The notes under the pieces were generated by a model that saw only the letters and a program-made list of their open reading frames with translations, was not told the DNA's origin and made no database searches. From contig CAWDFP010000006.1 of NCBI GenBank assembly GCA_963801605.1, forward strand, positions 384,001-448,000: DNA of 64,000 nucleotides, given 5' to 3'. Below, piece after piece: positions 1-11,770 of the stretch. The stretch's first letter is position 1. The number at the start of each line of letters is the position of its first letter. Position numbers and translations under genes: made by a program. Source of the stretch: an uncultured candidate division Zixibacteria bacterium (lineage in GTDB: Bacteria; Zixibacteria; MSB-5A5; UBA10806).

Positions 1-418
1 GTCCCTTCTTAATGTTAATAGGCAACATAGTTTTTGCCGCTGCGATCACTAAATCAGTTTGACGGCATAAAAAGGCCGGTATCTGCAGACAATCGGCAAC
101 ATCCACAGTAGCATCTATTTCGTCGATGTTATGAACATCGGTTAGGATCGGTAAACCGAATCGGCGTTTGACATCCTGCAAAATCGAAATCGCCTTGCCT
201 ATTCCGATGGTAGAAAAGGATGTTCCCGAAAGGCGGTTGGCCTTTTTATATGATGATTTGAAAATGGTCGGGATTTTATATTTGTCGCGGGCACAAGCTA
301 CAGCCTCTGCGGCTTTAAAGACGACATCCTCAGATTCAACCGCGCAGGGTCCGGCGACCAGAACAAGCTCTTTTGCGCCGACTGATACGCTGCCTACTTT
401 GACTTGTTTTTGGGCCAA
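1..418 (-). CDS. kdsA: KDO-8-phosphate synthase (5' part; runs off the window start)
   Basis: Manual translation from TTG at 418 with GGAGGAG upstream: MAQKQVKVG..LVAGPCAVES..FKSSYKKANRLS..LPILTDVH; lies downstream of kdsB-pyrG. Not in the ORF track. Confidence 0.9.
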   Translation of the reverse strand, partial: MAQKQVKVGSVSVGAKELVLVAGPCAVESEDVVFKAAEAVACARDKYKIPTIFKSSYKKANRLSGTSFSTIGIGKAISILQDVKRRFGLPILTDVHNIDEIDATVDVADCLQIPAFLCRQTDLVIAAAKTMLPINIKKG

Positions 419-861
419 TCCTTCTCCTCCATAGCAGTAACTTGCCAGATGGAATTTACACCGCGTTCCTTAAATGGCCGCTCCATGGTCAAGATGAGGA
501 GCTTTTTATCGGGCAAACGCACTTCGACTTTACCTCGAAACAAACTTTCGCTTAAAATATTCATGTTGGCGGTGCTGATACCGTCTCCTTCGTGCGGAAT
601 CTGATCGTTGCAAAACGCGGAAGCCGCGGCTTTGAGATCGGTAAACCAAATATACTGGGAAGAGTCAACCTGGCCTTGAAGGTACTTTGCAAACGCTGCA
701 TCAGGATAAGGGATTTGCGGCGAAGCGATCTTATCTTTTTTTTCTACGCTACACGATGCGAATGTAACAATTACTGCAATTGGCAGCAGAACAAATGCCA
801 TCAGCAAAAGACCGAGCGCATTATTTTTTTTATTCATCTGATACTTCATACTAAATACCAT
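394..861 (-). CDS. Hypothetical lipoprotein/exported protein
   Basis: Hydrophobic N-terminal stretch ending FASC; fills the gap between pyrG and kdsA in operon orientation. Confidence 0.6.
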   Translation of the reverse strand: MVFSMKYQMNKKNNALGLLLMAFVLLPIAVIVTFASCSVEKKDKIASPQIPYPDAAFAKYLQGQVDSSQYIWFTDLKAAASAFCNDQIPHEGDGISTANMNILSESLFRGKVEVRLPDKKLLILTMERPFKERGVNSIWQVTAMEEKDWPKNKSK

Positions 862-866
862 GAAAA

Positions 867-2527
<1,661 letters not shown>

Positions 2528-2535
<8 letters not shown>

Positions 2536-3271
2536 TTTTAATTCCCTGTCTGGATAAAATCTCCTCGGCCCTGACGAGATCCTCCGGTGAGTCGATTCCC
2601 ACAAACTCGGATTCAACGATTGTTACTCGAATATTATAGCCATGTTCCAGGGCACGTAGTTGCTCAAGGCTTTCACATTTTTCAAGCGGAGTGCGTTCCA
2701 TGGCCGCAAATTTCAATAAAAAATCCCGCCGGAAACCGTAAATGCCGATATGCCGATAAATCGGGGCTGCCTGTCCATCGGCGCGCAGATAAGGGATATG
2801 ACTGCGGGAAAAATAAAGGGCATCACCTTTTCTATCTAAAACCACTTTCACCACGTTAGGGTTATCGGCCTCGGAATGATCTTTTAGAAGCGAACAGGCC
2901 GATGACATAACCACATCGGGATTGTCCAGCGCTTCCACTACTTTATCGATAACATCGGATGCAATAAATGGCTCGTCACCCTGCAAATTTACGATACGCT
3001 CGCAATCGATTCGCTCGGCAAGCTCAGCCACTCGATCCGATCCGGTGGCATGAGGCTTTTTGCTCATGAAAACCTGCCCTCCGAAATGCTTTACAGCCGC
3101 GGCGATTCTTTCGTCATCGGTAACCACCATAACATCGTTAATGCGTTTAGCCTTTTGGGCTGCCTGCATGACCCGAACTATCAGGGGCACTCCTGCTATG
3201 GGGGCTAATGGCTTTCCGGGAAACCGCTTTGAACCGTAGCGGGCGGGAATAACGGCAATTGCGTTCGGCAC
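2528..3271 (-). CDS. kdsB: 3-deoxy-manno-octulosonate cytidylyltransferase
   Basis: [39 protein letters not shown] motifs. Confidence 0.95.
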
Positions 3272-3276
3272 ATGCT

Positions 3277-3305
3277 ATTTTACAAATCATCAACCGCTCT
3301 GTCAA
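3277..3305 (-). promoter_or_regulatory. Sigma70 promoter of the kdsB operon, probably leaderless
   Basis: TTGACA-17 nt-TAAAAT on the minus strand, 5 nt before the GTG start; no Shine-Dalgarno. Confidence 0.7.
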
Positions 3306-3326
3306 TAAAAACCTTGATTTCAAATT

Positions 3327-3680
3327 TTGGTGGTCATAGATTCCGGTGTATCGCGTCGAGATTTATTAATAATTGCCAGTATCTATTTGGCAGGATGTGC
3401 TCTTTATTTCGCCTGGTCGCTGTTTGTCACCGAGCCGGGCTATCCTCTTGATGATTCCTGGATTCACCAGGTCTTCGCGCGAAATATCGCCACCGGACAC
3501 GGCTTTTCTTTCAATCCGGACATACCAATTTCAGGCGCCACGGCTCCGTTGTGGACATTGGCTATGGCGCTACTCTGGCCCATTTTCGGACCGATTGCCG
3601 GGGGCATATTAATCGGTGTTATTCTGGAATTACTGGCGATTGTTGCTGTTTACAGGCTGACGATTATAATTACCTGCTGA
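3327..3680 (+). pseudogene. 5' fragment of a membrane glycosyltransferase-like (GT-C) gene
   Basis: TM helix then GYPLDDSWIHQVFARNIATGHGFSFN..SGATAPLW, typical of long polytopic proteins; stops at 117 aa with no continuation seen. Confidence 0.6.
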
Positions 3681-3820
3681 GAACCGTCGCTTGTTTCTAG
3701 CTCTGAATCGGGTAGAGGTTCAGGCATTTTCAACTTCCCCTTTCGATTAGAGAAAAACAAGATGTTAGAAAACTAAAACCGCCGGAAATGGCGCTTGAGG
3801 CCGATTCACATTTATGGAAT

Positions 3821-4936
3821 TTAAATTGGAATATAATGCTCCCTCGAAATAATATTCCAAGAAACATATTCAAAACCATCTGGTAGCATACATTCTATTA
3901 TTTCCTTTTGACTAAATTCAAGTTGAAACATTTTAATTATTTGATTCCGTACTGTTTCTCCCAATTTATCCCACCAAATTGGTGAACAGTAAAAATTTTC
4001 AAAAAACGTTATTACAAATCTAAAAACGCTATCAGGAAGTTCTTCGTCTTTTAAATCATTTAGGGATTCAATAAATTTATTACATGGTTCGGAATTGCCG
4101 AACCAGGCAAATACGATTTTTCCCTTATCTCCAGATACAATAATTGAACATGTAATAAAATCCAAAACTTCATCACTTTCAATATCCTGAAGAAAATTAC
4201 CATAATAATCATGTGTTGGTACCATAATGCCACTGCACATAATCTCCGGGACGGAGTCTAGTGTTAAAATATAGTATCTTATTTGGGTGTAATCTTTATT
4301 TAATATGGCCTCATCATACAATATTTTCAAATATCGCAAATCTCTTGCCCCTAATTTGAAGCCGTGATTTTGAATTCCCGTGAAATTTTGATAAATATAT
4401 TGCAATTCTTCTGGCATTCCTTTATCAAATTCTTTTGCTTTTTCCGTTAATTCAGCTCCGCTTTCTTTTAGGAATAATTCCCTGCAGACAGCTCTATATC
4501 CCCAGAGCATAGAATGCTCAGCACAATCCCTAAAAGGCTGATCTTCTATAGGTGCAAATAATAACTTATCATGTGTTTCACAAAAGCCCGTAAAAACCGA
4601 TGCCTTTTTTATTCCTAATTTGTCCGGTAATGCAATTCCTCTGTCTTCAATTAGTTCATATATACTATTCTTGGCCATAAAAGAAATCACATGTCCATTC
4701 ACCGCGATTTTATTAAGCATACTTCTTGGGACGGTATGAGCTTGAACAATATCCTTGCTACAAACTGTTGCTCCGCCTTTAGGAAACATACAATATCTTT
4801 TTCCAAATGCATCTTTTCTGATTGCCTCTAATTTATAAGGTTTTTCAGGTTCCTCGATGTGCCTATTTAAATGGCAATATTTAAACTTTTTTTGAGATCC
4901 ACACCAGCAAGGATCATTTCTTCCAATTTTTTTCAT
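3821..4936 (-). CDS. SEC-C motif protein with HNH-like Zn/His core, in an AT-rich islet
   Basis: GRNDPCWCGSQKKFKYCH; then C..C..AHTVP and FTGFCETHD..F; visibly AT-rich versus neighbours. Confidence 0.7.
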   Translation of the reverse strand: MKKIGRNDPCWCGSQKKFKYCHLNRHIEEPEKPYKLEAIRKDAFGKRYCMFPKGGATVCSKDIVQAHTVPRSMLNKIAVNGHVISFMAKNSIYELIEDRGIALPDKLGIKKASVFTGFCETHDKLLFAPIEDQPFRDCAEHSMLWGYRAVCRELFLKESGAELTEKAKEFDKGMPEELQYIYQNFTGIQNHGFKLGARDLRYLKILYDEAILNKDYTQIRYYILTLDSVPEIMCSGIMVPTHDYYGNFLQDIESDEVLDFITCSIIVSGDKGKIVFAWFGNSEPCNKFIESLNDLKDEELPDSVFRFVITFFENFYCSPIWWDKLGETVRNQIIKMFQLEFSQKEIIECMLPDGFEYVSWNIISREHYIPI

Positions 4937-5143
4937 TTAACAATCCCTATATTTAGCTGTATAATACTAGCATTAAGTCGGTTATTCAGCCATATTTTTT
5001 CAATATCACCCTTAATAAATATCTCAAAATCTATCTGGATTGCCGGGGCAATCCGTATTATATTGCCCGATAACTTTATGAAATTTAGTCGTTCTGGCTG
5101 TTTGCAGGATGTGTGACGTTTGGGAAGTGAGGAATGAGGATTT

Positions 5144-6238
5144 ATGATTAAGAAGACGCCGTTTTATGATATCCATCAAAAAGCCGGGGGGAAAATTGTA
5201 GAATTTGCCGGATACTATATGCCGGTTCAGTATCGCTCCATAACCGAGGAACATAAACGTGTCCGCAAAAGCGTTGGGCTGTTCGATCTCTCCCACATGG
5301 GCGAGTTTATCGTCTCCGGCCCTGGCGCTATAGAGTTCGTACAGGGCGCAGTCACCAACGATGTCAATTCCCTGGGGCTGGGGCAGGTCATGTACACCTG
5401 CATGTGCTACCCCAACGGCGGGATTGTCGACGATCTCCTGGTGTACAACCGCGGCGATATCATGTATCTGGTGGTGAACGCCTCCAATATCGATAAGGAT
5501 TTCGCGCACCTGCAATCGCTTGTTAAAGCCAACAATGTCAAGCTCGAGAACGTCTCCGACCAAACCGCCCTCCTGGCAATCCAGGGCCCGGTGGCCGAGA
5601 AAGTCATGGCCAAGTTGACCGATTACGATCTACCGTCACTGCCTTTCTACTGGTCTGCTAAGGCAAAGGTCGCCGAAGTGGAGATGTTATTCTCCCGCAC
5701 CGGATACACCGGTGAAGACGGTTTCGAACTGTATTTCGCTCCTCAATATGCGGAAAAGCTGTGGAACGCCGCCGCCGATGCCGCTAAAGAGTTCGATTGT
5801 GAGCCAATCGGCTTAGGCGCCCGCGATACTCTTCGCCTGGAAATGAAATATGCCCTTTATGGTAACGATATCGATGCCACCACCAACCCGATCGAAGCCG
5901 GCCTGGGATGGGTGGTTAAACTCGAAAAAGGCGATTTTGTGGGTAAAGATGTGATTTCCAAGGCCAAAACCGAGGGTCCCAAACGTAAAAACGTAGCTTT
6001 CGAGCTCAAAGAGAAGGCTTTCCCTCGTCAGCATTACCCAATCGTTATCGGCGGCCAGAAGGTCGGCGAAGTAACATCCGGGACCTTTTCGCCCATGCTG
6101 GAAAAGGGGATTGGCGCCGGGTATATATCGTCGGAGTACTCCAAGATAGGAACCGAAATCGGAATCGATATTCGGGGAAAAGTGGCTACGGCTGTCATCG
6201 TAAAACCGCCGTTCTATAAATCTGGAACGCATCGGTAA
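5144..6238 (+). CDS. gcvT: Glycine cleavage system aminomethyltransferase T
   Basis: GLFDLSHMGE, SRTGYTGEDGFE, GLGARDTLRLE. Confidence 0.95.
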   Translation: MIKKTPFYDIHQKAGGKIVEFAGYYMPVQYRSITEEHKRVRKSVGLFDLSHMGEFIVSGPGAIEFVQGAVTNDVNSLGLGQVMYTCMCYPNGGIVDDLLVYNRGDIMYLVVNASNIDKDFAHLQSLVKANNVKLENVSDQTALLAIQGPVAEKVMAKLTDYDLPSLPFYWSAKAKVAEVEMLFSRTGYTGEDGFELYFAPQYAEKLWNAAADAAKEFDCEPIGLGARDTLRLEMKYALYGNDIDATTNPIEAGLGWVVKLEKGDFVGKDVISKAKTEGPKRKNVAFELKEKAFPRQHYPIVIGGQKVGEVTSGTFSPMLEKGIGAGYISSEYSKIGTEIGIDIRGKVATAVIVKPPFYKSGTHR

Positions 6239-6270
6239 TGTAACAGTTTAAATTACCGATAAAGGTAATA

Positions 6271-7143
6271 ATGAGCGGTGATGAAAACATAACCGAGGTT
6301 ATAACTCTCTTTACACCCTCGGAATTGGTTGGAATAGATTTGAGGGGCAGCGTAGCCATCGTAATCGATGCCTTACGCGGCTCCTCAACCATTATCCAGG
6401 CGCTTAAAAATGGCGCCGCTCGAATTATCCCCACAGCCGAAATCGAGGAAGCCCGTGCTCTGGCCGACGAATGGCCAACCGGTGAATATCTTCTCTGCGC
6501 CGAGCGTAACGCTATCAGGGTTGAGGGATTCAATCTCGGAAACTCACCTTACGAGTACGATCCGGAAACGGTCAGCGGCAAGGATCTGATTTACTCATCC
6601 ACTAACTGCTCTAAAGCGTTGTTGGCATCATACGCGGCCGATCGCATTCTGGTGGGTACCTTCAATAACATATCCGCCGTTATGGAATCGGTGGGGCCTG
6701 CGGGTCGGATCTTTTTAGTGTGCGCCGGCAAAATGGGACGATTCGCTATCGAGGATGCTGTTTGCGCCGGGATGTTCATCAACGAATTCCTGCGAGATTC
6801 CAGCCGCGAGGTAGCACTTAACGATGCCTCGCGCACATCCAAGCTTCTCTACGATTATTATCATCGCGATATCTTAAAGCTCCTACGCGAATCATCGCAT
6901 GGCAACTATCTTCTGCAGCTTGGACTTGATAAGGACCTCGAGCTTGTGGCGCAAATTGATTCCGAGAGGATCGTTCCGGAATTATCACTCGATAAGACTT
7001 ACTTTTTCGCGACCTTTATTCCCAAATCCGCCGACAACGAGCCTCAAAACGCCACCAAAGATCCGGTGCAGCGAACGGCCACAATCGCTATCGAACCTAA
7101 TTTCGATGATTTCGAAATACGGGAAGTCAGCAGCAGCGATTAA
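6271..7143 (+). CDS. comB: 2-phosphosulfolactate phosphatase family
   Basis: VIDALRGSSTI, AERN..GFNLGNSP, EDAVCAG; extra acidic C-terminal tail. Confidence 0.85.
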   Translation: MSGDENITEVITLFTPSELVGIDLRGSVAIVIDALRGSSTIIQALKNGAARIIPTAEIEEARALADEWPTGEYLLCAERNAIRVEGFNLGNSPYEYDPETVSGKDLIYSSTNCSKALLASYAADRILVGTFNNISAVMESVGPAGRIFLVCAGKMGRFAIEDAVCAGMFINEFLRDSSREVALNDASRTSKLLYDYYHRDILKLLRESSHGNYLLQLGLDKDLELVAQIDSERIVPELSLDKTYFFATFIPKSADNEPQNATKDPVQRTATIAIEPNFDDFEIREVSSSD

Positions 7144-7322
7144 CTCCAGTATATTTTACAGCTACTCCATGTAACATCATTAATATCGATTTTTGTTACA
7201 TTGATAAACCTTACGGGGATATCAGGAGTTTAAATAATTGAAAATCGAATCGGATAATGAGGGTTTATAAATAAGTTTCGTTTAACAGGCATTGGGTTTT
7301 AGCATAATAAAAGGAGGGGTTT

Positions 7323-7709
7323 ATGCGATTCACAACATTAACCATAGGGGGCGCTATACTGGCTGCGATTATTATTGCAGGCTGCGGCAGCGATAAGGCC
7401 ACAACCCCAATGAATAATTCTGCACCGAATCTCAGCAAAGCGGAAGTGTACTCAATAACCGGTACATTTGAGAAAAACGATAACGATTGCTTTTTTGTAA
7501 CCGACAACAATCATGTTCAGTACGAACTGGTTTTTACCAATGTCAAACCGCCGGAATTTAAGAATGAGACGGTGATTACTGTCAATGGCCAATTTTTGAG
7601 CGGCCCGGATCTTCGATGCGGCTTTAAGGGCACCAGAATTTTAGTGCAATCGATTTTCTCAGAAATATCGCCCAGCACAAATGCCGGAACGTTGACGCCG
7701 TCATTTTAA
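7323..7709 (+). CDS. Hypothetical lipoprotein
   Basis: AGGAGG RBS, lipobox IAGC, terminator downstream. Confidence 0.7.
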   Translation: MRFTTLTIGGAILAAIIIAGCGSDKATTPMNNSAPNLSKAEVYSITGTFEKNDNDCFFVTDNNHVQYELVFTNVKPPEFKNETVITVNGQFLSGPDLRCGFKGTRILVQSIFSEISPSTNAGTLTPSF

Positions 7710-7726
7710 AGACACTAATTGGTTTC

Positions 7727-7760
7727 AGGCCGCCTTTAAATGCAAAAGGCGGCCTTTGTT
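7727..7760. terminator. Intrinsic terminator between convergent genes
   Basis: AGGCCGCCTTT-loop-AAAGGCGGCCT followed by TTGTTATTTT. Confidence 0.75.
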
Positions 7761-7779
7761 ATTTTTATCGGAAATTATT

Positions 7780-8418
7780 CTATCTGGCAGATCGTTGGCT
7801 TGCCCATTCATTTAAAAGGGTAAGCGAGAGCCTGGCGCTTTCGGCGCCATAAACAAATGCCCCGTTGGTCATGAGTCGGCTCAGTTTTTCCGGTTGATAT
7901 TGTTGCGCCCAGGGTATCAGAGAGCTCATTGTATCGTTAATAATACGCAGGCTCGAATCGGACATTTCCGCGCGTAATGCCGTTATCTTTCCTTTCTTGA
8001 TGACAAAAGCCATTGAAAGGGTTGCTCCGTGGGTCAATCCGGCCTGTGAAAGCCAAAGATTTTTTTCGTTAGCAATAGCATAGGCAGTATCGCGTTTAAT
8101 GCGGTTTATGGTAAGCGTAATCTGATCGTTAAGAGTTGAATCGTAGCGCGCTTTGCCGGCAAGCGATTCTTTTCCCACAAAAGCAGGGCTCATTCCGACA
8201 AATTCTATTTGGGCATTATCGGAAAATAGCGCGACAAGGGAGTCTATTTGGTGCGCGTTGGAGGCTTTTTCATATTCCTTTACGATTTCTTTGCGGGACG
8301 GCCCAAGTGAACATGCGAGAAGAGAGAGGAACAGCAGAAAAATCACAATAGTTCGAGGAAGGTACGATTGGATTGAAATCTTCTTTATATTGAATTTTAT
8401 GATATAGCCTCCCGGCAT
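7780..8418 (-). CDS. NTF2/SnoaL-like lipoprotein
   Basis: Lipobox LLAC; YEKASNAHQIDSLVALFSDNA..GKI pattern. Confidence 0.6.
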   Translation of the reverse strand: MPGGYIIKFNIKKISIQSYLPRTIVIFLLFLSLLACSLGPSRKEIVKEYEKASNAHQIDSLVALFSDNAQIEFVGMSPAFVGKESLAGKARYDSTLNDQITLTINRIKRDTAYAIANEKNLWLSQAGLTHGATLSMAFVIKKGKITALRAEMSDSSLRIINDTMSSLIPWAQQYQPEKLSRLMTNGAFVYGAESARLSLTLLNEWASQRSAR

Positions 8419-8469
8419 TATCAGGTAAATGACGGCTGACGCCGGTACATTCAGCTTAGCATATATAAT

Positions 8470-9486
8470 TTACGGATTTAAGATCACGCGGCCTATCGGT
8501 TCGCCTTCTTGAAGAGCATCAATACCATTCTGAAAATCCTCAAGTTTGATAACGCGGTCGATTACGGTTTTAATTTTGCCATCAGCTACCAACTGAACTG
8601 CTTCCTGCAATTCCGATAAAGTATTTCCCACCGAGCCCGAAATTCGTGCCTCGGTGATTACAAGTGATATCGGATGGACCACCAGCGAATCCGGCGAGTA
8701 GCCGACGAATATGAGATCGCCGCGTTTGGCGATCATCTTTATCGAATTATCCATTGTCTCGCGTGTGCCGACCAACTCGAATATGATATTGGCGCCCTTT
8801 CCGCCAGTGATTTCGCGCAGTCGTTCCGGAACGTTTTCGTCGAGAGCGTTAATGATATGCCCTGCCCCTAGTTCCTTAGCCTTATCAAGCTTAGCCTGTG
8901 TTCTGCCAATAGCGATAACGTTAGCGCCGGAAAGACGCGCCAATTGTATTATTCCAAAGCCGACACCGCCCACCCCATAAACTACTACGTTATCTCCTCT
9001 ATGGATATTTACCAAATGGCTGGCATGAACAGCCGTCGTCACCGAGCAACCTATGGGAGCAGCCATTTCAAATGTAATTTGATCCGGGAGCGGCACCACA
9101 TTTCGCGCCGGGACTTTGATGTACTCGGCAAAGCCGCCATCCGTGATAAAGCCCTGTTCGGCGACCAATTTTTCGCAGAGGTTTTCCTCTCCAACCAGGC
9201 AAAACCGGCATTTCCCGCATCCCTGATAGTAATAGACGATCACCCTGGCGCCCAGTATCGCCTTATCGACATCGATACCAACGCTCTCTACAACTCCCGC
9301 AACCTCATGGCCCAGCGTCATCGGGTTGACGCCAAGGTTGAGTAGGCCGGAGAGAAAATGCAGATCGGTATGGCAGATCCCCGCAGCCTTTACTCGGACC
9401 AACACCTCGCCTGGACCTGGTGATGGTTGAGGAATATCCTCAAGCCTGAGCGGCTGGCCAGGCCCATGGTAACGAATTGCTTTCAT
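8470..9486 (-). CDS. Zn-dependent alcohol dehydrogenase (MDR family)
   Basis: GICHTD, GHE, CGKCRFC..C, GVGGVG. Confidence 0.9.
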   Translation of the reverse strand: MKAIRYHGPGQPLRLEDIPQPSPGPGEVLVRVKAAGICHTDLHFLSGLLNLGVNPMTLGHEVAGVVESVGIDVDKAILGARVIVYYYQGCGKCRFCLVGEENLCEKLVAEQGFITDGGFAEYIKVPARNVVPLPDQITFEMAAPIGCSVTTAVHASHLVNIHRGDNVVVYGVGGVGFGIIQLARLSGANVIAIGRTQAKLDKAKELGAGHIINALDENVPERLREITGGKGANIIFELVGTRETMDNSIKMIAKRGDLIFVGYSPDSLVVHPISLVITEARISGSVGNTLSELQEAVQLVADGKIKTVIDRVIKLEDFQNGIDALQEGEPIGRVILNP

Positions 9487-9512
9487 GGCACATTCCTTTC
9501 CAGCGCAAGCGG

Positions 9513-9563
9513 GTGATTGCTTTGCTCATCCCCGATATTATCGGGGGATGTGTTCGCAATGAC
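9513..9563 (-). repeat. GTCATTGCGA...AAGCAATC-type palindromic extragenic element
   Basis: Minus strand GTCATTGCGAACACATCCCCCGATAATATCGGGGATGAGCAAAGCAATC with an internal hairpin. Confidence 0.55.
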
Positions 9564-9615
9564 CTGTTTCCCCGGAGTTTCAATAACGAGCGAATCTCCA
9601 AAGAAAGCAAACAAA

Positions 9616-10026
9616 CTAAGGCTTGCTTTGTTCGGCCGTCTTACCGCCTTCTTTTGAGTCTTTCTTCTTATCGCTTTTGAACTCTTGAATTCGGGTTATC
9701 AAATCGGGAATGGCCGCGATTATACCCTCGTATTTGGTTCGCCCGGTTGGCAGGAATGAAACTCTATCTTCCTCAATAATGATAAATCCCATAGGCTCCA
9801 CTCTGACACCGCCGCCGGCGCCACCACCGAATCCACTTCCCTTTTCGCCGCTTTCACCTTCGCCGCCGCCAACGCCGAATCCAACCGTTACTCTGGTAAC
9901 CGGCACGACGCTTTTATTTCCCATGATGACCTGTTTGCCGACCACCGTATCGGAGGCTGCGATTTCCTTGATCTGGGTGATGACTGATGAGGCCAGTTCC
10001 TGTAGCTTGTTTGGCATATTATCCAT
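9616..10026 (-). CDS. GerW/YtfJ family protein
   Basis: TVVG..VVPVTRVTVGFGVGGGEG..GGGAGGGVRVEPMGFI. Confidence 0.85.
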   Translation of the reverse strand: MDNMPNKLQELASSVITQIKEIAASDTVVGKQVIMGNKSVVPVTRVTVGFGVGGGEGESGEKGSGFGGGAGGGVRVEPMGFIIIEEDRVSFLPTGRTKYEGIIAAIPDLITRIQEFKSDKKKDSKEGGKTAEQSKP

Positions 10027-10642
10027 CCTTTCTGAGCTTTCGATAGAGTCTTATTAGCTTTATAATTGGTAAACGAATAATAAAGATCAAAGTTTCCTTG
10101 AGAAGGCTAGAGATTCTAACAATAAAACCGGCTTCGATTCTGCCATTAAACTTTTCGGCCGCAAAATCCGGATTGTAGTTAATCGATACTGCATTCGGCA
10201 TAATAGGACGGATCGCATGGTAGGCGCCATACAGCTCGCCGGTGATATCCGGTTCTGACGCTCCTCCGGCGATATTGGCCCGTAGAAAATATTTCGGCGA
10301 CCCAATTATTCCTCCAAAAAATCTCAGGATTTCGGAAATAACTTTTATACAAATCCCAATATCCGAACGACTCAGCCTGGATAGCCTCAATTTTTTGCCG
10401 GTCTTTTTTTTAAGTTCTTCTTTAGCTTTCCTGGTAGCCATCTCCGGTTCGGGCCTTTTTATTTTTTCAGCCTTTTTGGGTTTTCCACTAATAAATTTAT
10501 ACTCAAATGGAAAAAACCTCAGCGCCGAAACCATCAAGACTTTTTCACCGAAATTAATTTCGAGACTGACATTAATCGGTACGAAAAGCAGATAGGCCAG
10601 GGCTAAGACGAAAAAAACACAAATAATCAGGAAAATCATCAT
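10019..10642 (-). CDS. DUF2953/YtfI-like membrane-anchored protein
   Basis: N-terminal TM, Lys-rich linker, PDITGELYG..YNPDF; overlaps the ytfJ-like gene as usual for this pair. Confidence 0.65.
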   Translation of the reverse strand: MMIFLIICVFFVLALAYLLFVPINVSLEINFGEKVLMVSALRFFPFEYKFISGKPKKAEKIKRPEPEMATRKAKEELKKKTGKKLRLSRLSRSDIGICIKVISEILRFFGGIIGSPKYFLRANIAGGASEPDITGELYGAYHAIRPIMPNAVSINYNPDFAAEKFNGRIEAGFIVRISSLLKETLIFIIRLPIIKLIRLYRKLRKDG

Positions 10643-10776
10643 ATCAAGGCCGAATTCTCGTATTTTTAAGAATATCTATTACGCAAAATAGAAAGATGTC
10701 GCCCCCAAAGGACATTTCGCTCAAGACCCCAAAGTGTTCAACTTAGGATAAATAAGCCCTGAGGCCGTTTTTATCG

Positions 10777-11334
10777 TTAGTGATTTAAATATATTCCTTT
10801 GAGCTGTTCTATCATCTTATGAAACTGCTCATGCTTGCCGGCGCCAATCTCCTCTATCTCAAGCCGATCAAATTCATGAACAAGCTCTTCCTGTTTATGA
10901 TCTGAGAGACGGGTGTCCGCAATGGGATACAGTACATTATCCTCAATATCGATATGCTGAGTAAGAAGAGTCATATACCGCCGGGCGTTTTGAACTATCT
11001 GCTTAGCCGCATCGGGATCGCCCTTTTTGTAGAGAGCCGAAGCTTTGGAGAGATCATTAATATAGTTTCTTCCCGAAACATGGTCTTTTATAAGCGCTCC
11101 TATACGATCGCCATCGCTGGGGTCCATAGTTTTTTGCATGGCAATAAAGAGCATGTTTTCTTCCTTGGCGTGATGGCATCTATCAACAAATACGCCGAAG
11201 AATTCGATAATACTATCAAGATGATCGATATTTATCTTTTCGCCCGCCTCAAGTTTTTTGCAAAGCATATCCAAAACCCGAAGCATGATCTTTACGGCTT
11301 TGTGTTCTTTTTTAAGCTGCTCAGTAGCCTTCAC
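10777..11334 (-). CDS. Hemerythrin-like cation-binding domain protein
   Basis: EH..., HHAKEE.LF, DH, HIDIEDNVLYP; starts at GTG with AGGAGG RBS. Confidence 0.85.
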   Translation of the reverse strand: MKATEQLKKEHKAVKIMLRVLDMLCKKLEAGEKINIDHLDSIIEFFGVFVDRCHHAKEENMLFIAMQKTMDPSDGDRIGALIKDHVSGRNYINDLSKASALYKKGDPDAAKQIVQNARRYMTLLTQHIDIEDNVLYPIADTRLSDHKQEELVHEFDRLEIEEIGAGKHEQFHKMIEQLKGIYLNH

Positions 11335-11770
11335 TTATATACCTCCTGAATTTTCGGACACCCGCTGCCCGAAAGAACGCTTGTAACGAATTAACATTTT
11401 GAAAAACGCGCCGCGATAAATCCAAATTAATTATTATCCCGATGGCTGTCAAGTAATGAACTTGGGTGTATTTCCAGAGGGTTCGTCCAAACCCTCTTTA
11501 AATTTTTCATTCAGACTTAAAATAAAAACCTTCGTAAAAAGTCATTGTTTTTGCTAAGTTAGTGATATTATTGCATATATTTGGTTTCCAGGGAACTTGA
11601 ATAGGCTGATCCTAAATGCTGATAATTATTCAATTGGTGCCAAACAAAACGTTATCAATGTCGTTCTTAGTTGTTATCAATTAACGTATTAACTTCGACT
11701 TTATGACAGAAAACTCCGGTTCGTCGAATCTCTATAAATTATCTGTGCAAATACTCATTAGTCCACTATC

